From: the human T2T-CHM13v2.0 reference genome, Homo sapiens
DNA length: 64,000 bases
Assembly (NCBI RefSeq): GCF_009914755.1
Contig: NC_060928.1
Strand: one strand, 5' to 3'
Made by a program: the position numbers and the translations under genes. The notes below the pieces were generated by a model, which saw only the letters and a program-made list of their open reading frames with translations, searched no databases and had not been told where the DNA came from. The number at the start of each line of letters is the position of its first letter. The stretch's first letter is position 1. Positions 14,498-25,919 of this stretch are shown here, one piece after another.

Positions 14498-15825
14498 TCA
14501 TTACTTTTTTAAAAAAATTATCAATTAGTATGCACCACAGACCCCCTTTCCCATACCTTCCTTCTACCCCGTTCAAGATCTCATCTCCGAGTCTCACCAT
14601 CAAGCCTAGCTCAGGAATGAAGTAAAGGTCAGGGATGGGGCAGACATGAAGCCTGGAGTAAGGATCAAGGATGGATAAAATAAGAGGTCAAGCATGCAAC
14701 AAACATGGTTTAGCCAAAACAAACAAACAAACAAAACCCACCTTTTCCGTTTTAATTCAATCATTCTGAAACACACAGAAACATTTCCCTCATCCAAACC
14801 ACCACATTAAATGTCTTGCTTGGGTCCGGTATGAGTTAATACACATCCCCATCCCCATCTGTGCGAAGACAACAACTCCTTTGTCCGTCAGTGTTTGTAG
14901 TGAACCTTACACGCCAGGGGAGCATGTCCCAACCACTCTGGTCCACACTTGGTATTCTTTGACCATGCACTTAATCCAAGGACCACGAACTACAAAAAAG
15001 AACCCCATCATAGATAGAGACTTATTCTATATCTTATCCCACCCCCTGATGCTTCACTATCTGCTGCCTTACTTGTTGTTTCTTGTGTGTTACCTCCCCC
15101 AAATGTAAACTTTTTCAACAGAAACATGCATTAATGTCATCTTTGACCTAGTATAGATTATTGAACATAACTGGACCTGAAAGCTCTCTACAGGTGCTTG
15201 TTCATAGATGGATGTCAAAGATGTCCCACGGCACAGTTCACAGCTGGCAGTTGCTTTCCACACCAAACCTGGAGCAACTCAGTTGTCCTAACTTTCTCCC
15301 ACTACTTCCTTCAATTCTTTCTGCCAATGCCATTCCTTGGAATAAAGCCTAGAATGCCTTACTAGGGTGCTACTTAGCCCTGGAAAGCACCAAGTAAGGA
15401 TCTGTATCTGGTTTGTCCATCATTACCTATCCCTTGAGTAATGCCTTAGGTACTACTGAGTCCTGGAAAGCACTCTCTCCAGACTCCAGCTACAGATCAA
15501 TCCAATTTGTCAGAGATAAGAAAGTAGTAGTTTTCCCCTCTCAATATTTCCTTCATTTCCTCCAGAACTTTCTGTGCATCTGGTATACTGTCACATAAAC
15601 TTCAACTTCCTTATAACATGCCTGTCTATTTTAAGAAATTATGCCAGGCAATGTGGGTAGTTGAGGGAGTAGGGAGGGGCTGAACAACTTCTCAAAGGTA
15701 TTCCATGACAGAACACAGAAGGCTGGACCACTGCCAGTTTCTGGGGAAACCAGGACTGAAGGGATTGGCAGTGGACCGAGAGGCCACTCAAGGGGCTGAC
15801 CTTTAGGAGTATGTCTACAGTCAGA

Positions 15826-16208
15826 GTACAAGTTGGCTAGGGCTACTACATCCAAGGGCACAGACTGGGTGGCTTAAACAACAAAAATGTATTTCCTCAC
15901 AGTTCTGGAGGCTGGAAGTCCAAGATCAAGGTGTCAGTGGGGTTGGCTTCCTTTGAAGGCAACTCTCCTTGGTTGGTAAGTGGCATCTTCTCCATGTGTC
16001 TTCACATGGTCTTCCCTATGTGTCTGCATCCTCATCTCCTCTTCTTATAAGAACACTGGTCTTACTGGATTAGGGCCCATGCATGTGACCTCATTTTACC
16101 TTAACCCCCTCTTTAAAGGTCCTATCCCCAAATATGGCCACATTGTGAGGTACTAGGAGTTAGAACTTCAACGTAGCAATGTTGGGGGACATAATTCAGC
16201 CCCTAACA
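15826..16208 (-). mobile_element. MaLR solo LTR (MLT1A-like)
   Basis: CAGACTGGGTGGCTTAAACAAC...CTCACAGTTCTGGAGGCTGGAAGTCCAAGATCAAGGTG...GGGGACATAATTCAGCCCCTAACA. Confidence 0.85.
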
Positions 16209-16659
16209 GTCAGCAACAGGGAAAGAGGGAGAAAGGAGGTATGACTGTGCTATGGAGAAATGAAAGCAGACACAGCATTTACAGAGGAAAATAAATTTCA
16301 TGTGTGTTCCCTCATATCTAGAATTCCCTACCTTTCTTTCCCGATCTCTCCATTCTTTGACACAAGCTCCAATCCCGTATCTGTTCTGAAGCCCTGCTAA
16401 TCGTCTCAGTCCCAATGGTCCCTCTTTCTTATCCCAAATGCAGAGCACTTCCTATCTATCCTACCCATCTGACCCTTCACCCTACGTGGCCCTTGGGGCA
16501 GTTCTTGATGCCTTCTACATTATCAAATTTGAGGCCTCATCTTACACCATCCCTGTGGCTTGCCTAGTTCACACTTACCTTCTGTCAGTTCTTCCTAGGA
16601 GGCACATCCCTTCCTGTTTAGGTCAGCCCCTTTGAAATATTCTTCGCCTCTGCCCCTTC

Positions 16660-17040
16660 CCTGCCCAGCCCCCATTCCCTAATTAATATCATTTCACCCT
16701 TAAGATCTCAGCTCAGATGCCTCTTCCTCAGGAAGCTTTTGAAGATCACACACACAATTCACCCTCACGCTAAATGCAGGTCTTTCTTCTATCCTCTCCC
16801 CTAGCTTTGTGTCTTAGAACTTACTTAATTACATGCCTGCATTGTTATTATTTTATTAATGTGTCTCTCCCACAAGATGGACTATACATTCAAAACCTAA
16901 TGTGTCTCTCCCACAAGATGGACTACACATTCAAAAGCTAAGAATGGTTTGTCTACCATTACCTATCCAGCAGCTAGTGTAGTGCCCGGCACCTAATGAG
17001 TGCTTAAGAAGTATTTATTAAATAAAGCAACGAATAAACT
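16660..17040 (+). mobile_element. L2 remnant containing a 41-bp tandem duplication (16857-16938)
   Basis: L2 3' motifs (TCTCAGCTCAGATGCCTCTTCCTCAGGAAGC; AGTGCCCGGCAC...TGCTTAAGAAGTATTTATT); the duplicated unit matches at 39 of 41 positions. Confidence 0.75.
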
Positions 17041-17124
17041 AAGTATAAATTAGTATAAATCAGGGGGTCTCATGTGATCTATTTTTTGGATGAATAAATT
17101 TGCTGTGAAGTAGAGGCATCATGA

Positions 17125-17575
<451 letters not shown>

Positions 17576-18325
17576 CCTTAAATCATTGGAACTGCGCATA
17601 AAAAGCAGAAACTATTAGGTCTAAATTCTATAGGAACTACTTAAAAACCATGCTTTCCTTATCTAATTTATATATATGCATTTTAACTTCTGCAGCTACA
17701 TTTCTTAGGCCATTGACAGGTATCAGCAGTGTCCCTCTCCCTATGGCTCATTCCACTGCTTGACTTTGGCCTAAAACCAACAGGAATTCTTTACTTAGAG
17801 GTAAAAAACTGATGGATTCCCATGGTGATTCCAATCCCACACTCTCCTTTTCTCCTTCAAATTAGGCAGGAAACACTAAAATTTTGGGAACAAGATGTGC
17901 GTCACACATTGGAAATGTTCAAATCTGTTGATAACATTCAATATACTTTGGCTAAACGCATGAGGAGGCCACATGGTCACAGCCTAACCAAACACAGAAC
18001 ATAACTAATAAACTGAAGCAACATTCCACGTTATCACTTTCAGCTTTGCACAACATATGGAAACAGGCTCACTGCACCACTTGGTTGTGTCAGAACACTT
18101 AAGGGAGGAGGATGCACATTTGGGATTTATTACAGTCACTCACCTAAGGGAAGCGTCCAAAGAAGTGCCTTACAATATCCATGTGGCTTCATGTTACAGA
18201 ATTCTCACTCTTAAAAGGAGTCTTTTCTAGAAATGTATTGACCTTTCAGGTGTTTGAACTATATGTATGGCCCTGACTGTTCTGAATATTTGAAAGCAAA
18301 AGGTACTAGTAACTTACTGAGAAAG

Positions 18326-18516
18326 CTTTTTTTTAAAAAAGGGGGGTGGGGGGCAGGGGATGGGGGAGGGGTAGCAGGGGGAGGGGTCTTGCTATGTTGT
18401 CTAGGCTAGACTTGAACTCCTGGGCTCAAGTGATCCTCCGGCCCCAGCCTCTGGAGTAGCTAGGACTGAAGATGCAAGTAGCTAGGGGCTAGAGGCGAGT
18501 GCCACAGTACCTGGCT
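18326..18516 (-). mobile_element. Alu monomer (FLAM-like) with an embedded G-tract
   Basis: GTCTTGCTATGTTGTCTAGGCT...GAACTCCTGGGCTCAAGTGATCCTCC; G runs at 18341-18387. Confidence 0.75.
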
Positions 18517-19755
18517 CGAAAAACTATTTTAAACTAGAAAAAAGGCTGTTCTTTTTCTAAGTATTGCATCAATTGCATCAACTCAGACTACTGAATAGGT
18601 TTGTTTTTGTCCTCCATCCTCCCCCAGCAAAGTAACAGACATATTTCCTGTTCCATCCACCTCAACTATTTTATCCCAGTTATAAGGCTCAAGTTTAGTT
18701 GAGTTTCTTGGCAAGTAATTTTTCTCATGCTAAAGAAGAAACATGAAGTAAATTAGGAAAAGCATATAAACCAGAAAAATAATACTAACATGATCAAAAT
18801 CTCCAAATAATTTACCTATGAAGTTCAATTTTGGGAGCTTAACAGTTCAGATAAATGAGAATTACATAGTCAATTTCCATGTTAGCAAGAAAACTTAAAA
18901 TTCAAAAGACATTAAGTTGAGTGTTTGAGCCTCTCCTTAAATTCCTCTTTATCAGTGAACAAACATTCAATGCATTCCTCACAACAGGTAAGGCAGTGTC
19001 AACAACTAAGATACAGTATTCCAGGAAGCCATGCCTTCCCTAGTCTAATTAACAGGGAAACAAAACCTTTCCAAAGATGCAAATCTACACCTTTATTAAG
19101 CTAAACAGACCTACATCAGGTGTCTCAGAAATTATCAACTTGATCACTGGTTCTGGGATTAAAATATTCGAGTCCAAATAAGTAAACTCCATAAAATAAA
19201 GGAAATCTAAGAAAAGCACTGTAAGCAGATCAGTTTCACAACATGTGGGCTCCAAATAAGGAAAAGAAAACCTCCCTATCCCAAAGTTCTCACTATCTTT
19301 AAATAAATAAATATGTCAAAAGAAACCTGACAGCCTTAATGATGAAACTGTTTTCTGATCAGGTTTTCCAGTGATTAAAATGGTCTATATACTTAAATAC
19401 TTCCTATCATTTACAAAAGATGAGCCTGAGAAAGTAGTAGGAAAACTATTCTGTTAAAACTGCCTGGTATCCACATCTGCGAATTATGGGAACTAATGCT
19501 ATCCCAATGGGCAGTTCCTGTATTAAATGAAAGACATCACTTTTGAGTGCTTACTGAAGACATTTGAAAAAAATATTCTCATCTAGATTAATTGTTCTTT
19601 AAAAGCAGATTTTACCAGTTTGGCCAATAATTTAGAATTCCTTCTTCTTACAAAAATGAAGTTGTTTTAATTACTGATGCTCTTGACTACTTTTTATTTT
19701 TGCAAAAATGAGAAAGCACATTTTATCAGGAATCCATCACCTGCAACATAATTTA

Positions 19756-19822
19756 TATTTATTAGAAATACCTATATTTCTAATAAATACAGATTATTTA
19801 TATATATTTCTAATAAATACAG
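19756..19822. repeat. Perfect 15-bp-stem hairpin with its right arm duplicated
   Basis: TATTTATTAGAAATA-CCTA-TATTTCTAATAAATA (19756-19789); the right arm recurs 30 bp later at 19805-19819. Confidence 0.88.
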
Positions 19823-20479
19823 AAATTTTGTGTGACAGTTGTGGTAGCTGTCCAAATAATTAGCTTCATCTAAAATTATTTCAGCCCAAACTCAAATCCC
19901 AAGAAAAATCATTTCGATGGAAATACTTCATTTCATTCACTATAAAGCCCAACATAAAGCTAGATGTTTTAGTGTAGTCCTAAGTGACATTTTGTTGCTA
20001 CAGCAACGAAACTCTGCTACCTGTAGCCATGATTTGTTAAGAATTCCACCAACGAGTAAATTCTGTGCTGTGTATTCATAAAACCAATAGAATGATTCTA
20101 AGCAACATAAAAATTAAGGCTTGATTTCCTATTTATGATTTACCCACACACATACTTACAACATATATACTACATATGTACTACATACATGTAATTATGA
20201 CTCTGAGCCCCATCAAAATGATAAAATACCAAATTTCCATTTTAAAATGGGCACAGAACAAAAGCTGGTTTAGATTTCATTCACTAATTGCTACTTGTTT
20301 CCCAAAATTTATCTTAAAAGATAACAGAGACTATCTAGAGATAATTTTCAAAACAATAAAATTTATTATTTATATCCAATCTCATTCCAAGATGGGGGAA
20401 AAAAATATTCAGAGGTATAATCTATCTGTTCCAGTATGTATGGTTTCCTAAGCAATGAGTTGACTTCGAAAACACCAAG

Positions 20480-20520
20480 CTAAAGAATAAAGAAAAAATG
20501 TGGACATTACCACCTTTATT
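20480..20520 (-). terminator. Candidate intronic polyadenylation site
   Basis: Minus strand reads AATAAA (20520-20515), then CA dinucleotides 13-16 nt later, then TTTTTTCTTTATTCTTT and TTGGTGTTTT; motif evidence only. Confidence 0.4.
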
Positions 20521-20548
20521 CACCAAACTACCTCTGTAGGCTACTTAC

Positions 20549-20941
20549 CCTCACTGGGGGGCTCCAGGATTGCACCCGAGGCTGCTGTCCGCCCTGGGAG
20601 CTCTGCAGATCTTTTGAGCTACAATTAGCCACAGTGCTGCTCTGAGACCTTAATGCATTTGTGCAGTTGGTCCCACTTCCCCCACCAGGACCAGGTTTCC
20701 AAGGCCTCTGTTTGATGCCATCCAGAAGTCTGACCAGCAAGATGTTACTGGGAAGCTCCTCGACACCCGAGCCAACAAGAGTCCTGCACTCGGGACATCT
20801 GAGTTCATTTCGAGAACCTACGATCCCCAGCAAACATCGCTTGCAAAACGTATGCTGGCAAGGCAAGACCTTCGCAGAAGCATCAAGGCGCTCTAGACAC
20901 ACCGGACACTCCAAAAGATCCAACAAGGCTGATTCATCCAT
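20549..20941 (-). CDS. SH3RF1: SH3RF1/POSH E3 ubiquitin ligase, first coding exon (aa 1-131, C3HC4 RING finger)
   Basis: [36 protein letters not shown]...CPEC is the POSH N-terminus, with RING ligands C12/C15/C28/H30/C33/C36/C49/C52; start context AAGATGG; 393 nt ending at the phase-0 donor AGG|GTAAGT. Confidence 0.97.
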
Positions 20942-21036
20942 CTTTATCTACTTTACTGAGAAAAAATCTTCAGAAATGTTCATAGTTGTGTGCATCCCTT
21001 AAAATGACTCATGTAACATCCATTTCAGACTTTGCT
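20942..21036 (-). other. SH3RF1: 5' UTR portion of SH3RF1 exon 2 (95 nt, five upstream AUGs)
   Basis: Acceptor TTCTCTTTTCCCCCTTTTCCCCATGACTCTAG|AGCAAA with the AG at 21038-21037; upstream ATGs begin at 21023, 21019, 21012, 20995 and 20983. Confidence 0.85.
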
Positions 21037-22589
21037 CTAGAGTCATGGGGAAAAGGGGGAAAAGAGAACATGAGTGTTGTTATCTAGGGAAAAAGTTCAC
21101 AAAGGAGCCAAGAATCAAAAAGTACCCAAAAGTACACTATTCCCTGTCTGAATAGTGTAGCTTTGCTTTGGAATGTGGGTTCCTAAACTCCAAAGTCAAC
21201 AACTGAAAACAAAACAGGCTTTCTAAACAACGCAAAATTAACCCCTAAAGATATCTAGGGATTCACTGGGCAAACACAAGGCACAGAGTATTACATAATT
21301 CCCGCAGAAGGATTTATGAAGTGCAATAAGGAACATAATTTCTTAAGCTCTGAAAGTGGTATCAGCTGCCTTAATAAAGTCTTCAACTCATAGGAGAAGC
21401 TGACAGAGGCCATTGAAAGTTTCCTCTACCTGAAATTTACTTTTATATCCAACTAAATTCCCTTTTTTAAGCCACTTTAGCGTTTAAGAAACCATGCCTC
21501 ATGTAATCGCTCGTGGTAAATGATCCCAATATTAAATACATATGTTTCTTCGCTGTTATTAAAAATAGAACTGTTTAATTTTGCCCAACCAAAAAGAGCT
21601 GAAGGTTGACAATTCTAAAAGACACAGATTTGCTTGAAAGCAGCTAAAACAGAAAAGCGCCCTTCAGGGCAGTAGTTGATAAACTCTGAAACACATTTCT
21701 GAACGGCCTGTCCTAATCCCATTCAGAAAAGCTGGCAAAATTATCACCAAAAGAATTCGACAATGGAAGGTTGGACTGGAAACTGTGGGCATATGAAAAT
21801 GAGGCCATTCAGGAAAAAGCAAGCCACTTACTGCGCCGCTCTCCCCCCACCGCCAAAATAAATGTAAAAGTGAATGCCCAGGAGAACGGGAGTAAAAAGA
21901 TTTGGCTGGGAGCATTAACAGCTGTTCTTGACAAAGCCGGAGCGGGGGAGCCCCAGGGCTGCACCCCCGCTCCCACGGCGCCAAGCACAGGTACTCCCAA
22001 GCCCGCAGGGAGGCGCGGCGGCCGCTCGCCGCAGACACACCCCGGGGCCAGGTGTCGGCGGCACCCGGCAGGAGCCGGTCGCGGCCTGGGGCTGCGGCCC
22101 GGCCGGTCCCGGCGTGGGGATCTCACCCTACAGCCTCCCTCATCTCCGCCTCCCTTTAGCTCAGGCCGGGGACACAAATCCCTCTACACGACTGCGAGAA
22201 GTTTTCAAGGACTTAAAAATAAATGCGCAGGCTTAAGTTGCGAAACTCAGCCCCACAGAGTGCCACGGGGAAGCAGCTTTCTAGCCCAGCCAAGATAAGG
22301 CGACAGTCCCCAGAGAGACCGCGCCATCCGGGAAGCAGGGGGTGCTGGGCTGCGCCCGGGGAGACCGCGGCACGGAGCCCTGGCAGCTTCCTGCCCGGAG
22401 AAGGCAGAGGCCGCGGGCTGCTCCGCTTCCGCAGGTCCTGATTCCCGGCCCACGGGGACCCGAGGGCGAGGGGAGAGAGAGACCGACCCAGGGCGGGGAT
22501 GGGGGAATGTCGAGACCACCGCCTCCTCCGCGGCTAGGGGTCCGCCGACGCTGGGTCCCCGTGGACCCCGCGCCGGCCGCGCGCCCTAC

Positions 22590-22800
22590 CTCGCGCCTCG
22601 GCTCCTCCTCTTTGTTCGCGGCCCCGCAGCGGCTGCGGCGGCTGATGCAGATGCGGCCCCACCGCGCTCGCCGCTCGCAGTGTCTCTGACGCCGCGGCGG
22701 CACCGGGAGACTCCTCTCTGCTGCCCCCCTCACGCGCGCACACACACCACGCCGCCGCCGCCGCCTCCCACTTTCCCAGCCAAGGAGGGCGGAGGAAGAG
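22590..22800 (-). other. SH3RF1: Probable non-coding exon 1 of SH3RF1 (5' boundary uncertain)
   Basis: Donor GAG|GTAGGG with GT at 22589-22588 in the island core, downstream of the GC and CCAAT boxes; the TSS cannot be fixed from sequence alone. Confidence 0.65.
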
Positions 22801-22960
22801 GAGGAGGAGGCCGGGACGCAGCCGGCGCCTGGGGCGCAAGGGGGCGGCCCCGCGCCACAGCGCCTTCCCCGGGAGCGGGCGCGGCACCTCTCGGAGCCAC
22901 CCGCCGCCGCGCCGGCCTCCCGCGCTGAGGTGACCTGCGCCCAGTACCCCGCCGGAGCCC

Positions 22961-22980
22961 GGGGGCGGGATTGGGGCGGC
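22961..22980 (-). promoter_or_regulatory. GC box - CCAAT box - GC box cluster (Sp/KLF and NF-Y type)
   Basis: Plus strand GGGGGCGGGATTGGGGCGGC; ATTGG at 22970-22974 reads CCAAT on the gene strand. Confidence 0.6.
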
Positions 22981-24772
22981 GGCCTGAGGGGGCGCTGCAA
23001 GAGCCTAGAGGATGGGGAGCGGGGCCCCCAGGGGACTACGAGGGGAAGGCTCGGGGACGGACGCCTTCTCCCTGAGGAGAACGCGCCTGAAAAATGGAGC
23101 CACCGGACGGGAAGGCGGCGGGAGTGGAGGCTGGGGGAAGCAGGAAGAAGCCCCGGGACAGGGTCCCGCCGCCTCCTCCTCCCCCCGGCGGGGCTGGGAG
23201 CCCTGGACGGACCCTTCCTCCCCAGGCTGGGCGAGTCGCGGCGCGGGAGGGGCTGGGTCCGCGGAGGCGGCGGGAGCAGCCCTGGCGGGAACCGATCCCG
23301 CTGCGCTTTGCGTCTGGTTGCCCACCCCGGACACTTACTTGGTAGAGTCGGAGCGAAGTGTTGCCCCTTAGGGCCGAGAGCGGCGTGGTGAATCGATGGG
23401 GACAGTGCCGCGGCCACCTGTCCGCACCCAGCCATCAGTCACCCCAGGACCCAAACCGGAGCAAGCCTGGAGGACCGCTGACCCCAAAGCCCAAGACTAG
23501 GAAAACGGTAGTACGGACTTCCAACCCAGGCTCGGGGGCTCTGTTATCCCTGCCCTAAGTGGGGAGAATTGAGTCTGACCTCAGGTGGGCTGGCACCGCA
23601 AAGCACGCTGAGAGGCGCCTCTTTTATCTGAGCCTGGGTGGCTGCCATCATCGCAGTAATCTTTGTTTTGGTTGCCCCAAGCACACACCTGTAAACCGAA
23701 GTGGAGTTTTGAAAAACATCTTGTCCATAGGTTTTGAGGTTTTTCAGTCTCGATTTAGTGGAGAAGCAAGTTAAAATTTTGTCACTGATCTAAAGTTGAC
23801 ATTACTATATTTGCATTTACCATCAATTTACAAAAAGTTATCCCAAATACCCCTCCTCAAAGGTGGGCAGAAACTAGGTGGTTATAAGAAGAAAGGGTTA
23901 CAACAGATGATGCAAGAAATCTCTGCCCAGCCACCAACTAGGTTTATGATTTGACGAGGAGTCTCAGTTTATCCTCTAGTCTCCAGCTAGGGCCACAGCT
24001 AAACCATTCAAGACATAAGGATCACATAAGCCTGAAAAAATTATGACAGCTAACAATGATCACTCACTGTAAATCAGGCACTGTGCTGAACATTTTTCAT
24101 GCATCAGTTCAATTCTCTCAGCAACCCTCTATGTCATCTTTTCTCAGCCTTGTTCTAAATAGATTCATATGCTGAGAGTCATAATGTATGAAAACCAAAA
24201 ATAATAGCCCACTTCCCCTTCCATTAGAAGTGAGCAAATACATGGGCATTTGAGCTGAGAAAGACGACGGAAGGAATGAATGGAATGGAGAATTTCTAGT
24301 CCAGTTTGCAAACTGAAAGTTACTACTTAGTTCTGCATGTGGAACTGGGCAGATAGATGAAGATGAGGCTGACCAGAAGATTACAGTCAATAAACAGATA
24401 GGGATTATTTGCAGTTATTAAAACTGAAGCTCAAATAGGTTAACTTTCCCCTGGTCACACAGTAAGTAATGTTGAACCAAGACTCAGTCCCAGCTCTCTG
24501 GATTCCAAGTCCAGTTCTCTTTGCACCATTCCAAGGCCCTGTCTTTTGCACAGGACCGTCATATCCCCACCCTAGGCAAAGCAAAGCAGTGTGTCTCTTC
24601 CCAAGGGAAAGAAGAAACTGTTAATCATGTAATTACTCGAAAGCAAGGGACAGTTTTTATTGTGTTCTTATTTTGGTTTCCTATGTATTTTTAGAGAGCA
24701 GCACACAAGGTCATAGATAGAATGGTGCAGCTCTTGAAACTCCTGGCAAAAGAAAATCAATAGTCACACCCA

Positions 24773-24777
<5 letters not shown>

Positions 24778-24803
<26 letters not shown>

Positions 24804-24990
24804 GAGACGGAGTTTCACTCTTATTGCCCAGGCTGGCACCCACCACACCCAGCTAATTTTGTATTTTTAGTAGAGACGGGGTTTCTCTATGTTGGTCAGG
24901 CTGGTCTCGAACTCCTGTGACCTCAGGTGATCTGCCCGCCTCAGCTTCCCAAAGTGCTGGGATTACAGGCGTGAGCCACGGCGCCTGGCC
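24778..24990 (-). mobile_element. Alu with an internal deletion
   Basis: Jumps from GCCCAGGCTGG to CACCCACCACACCC at ~24836; TSD ACACCC(A/G)TTTTC at 24766-24777 and 24991-25002. Confidence 0.88.
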
Positions 24991-25247
24991 ACACCCGTTT
25001 TCAAAGAACTGAAGACAGTGTGTCCCAAGACTGCAGTGGTCGAAGAATCTGGCATACATCTCATGAATATTATCTGGGATGTGGCTGCAGTTCTTTGAAT
25101 GCCCCTGGTGCATGTTCTATAGTTTTTAGAACACAACACTTTTATTAGCTTTAGTTACTCCAGCTGTAAAGTGAAGTTTTAGGCAAGTTACTTTAACCTC
25201 CTGAGCCATTTTCTGTCAAATGGTTGAAAAAAAAAATATCTTTCTCA

Positions 25248-25758
<511 letters not shown>

Positions 25759-25919
25759 TCAATAATATAGGGAAAGGGGCAGTTGGGGAAGAGAAGCATG
25801 TTCATCTTTTCATGTCTGGGAACTGAACATGAAGGAAGGAATGTAAGCAGGTTGTGCTTAAGATCCCTGTGACTTTGAGTAGAACCATGAAAAACATAAA
25901 ACACACCCTGTGACATAAT

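Larger units (their letters stand above)
21930..23440. promoter_or_regulatory. SH3RF1: CpG island / SH3RF1 promoter
   Basis: About 1.5 kb of very GC- and CpG-rich sequence in an AT-rich, CpG-depleted background, 1-2.4 kb upstream of exon 2. Confidence 0.95.

Noticed and set aside
20528-20941. The 137-aa ORF as a complete stand-alone gene
   Set aside because: A consensus donor at 20549/20548 ends the exon at codon 131; the last six residues are intronic and matter only under the intronic polyadenylation hypothesis.
20661-21002. 113-aa ORF antisense to the RING exon
   Set aside because: It is a shadow of the real coding exon, with no independent promoter, splice or domain evidence.
22281-23435. 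384-aa minus-strand ORF and many overlapping ORFs in the CpG island
   Set aside because: Low-complexity R/P/G/A translations in all frames are expected where extreme GC content depletes stop codons; there is no recognisable domain, and the ORF runs across the predicted splice donors.
23000-24000. Divergent (plus-strand) lncRNA from the CpG island
   Set aside because: Plausible in general, but only weak donor-like and YY1-like motifs are visible and no exon structure can be supported from sequence.
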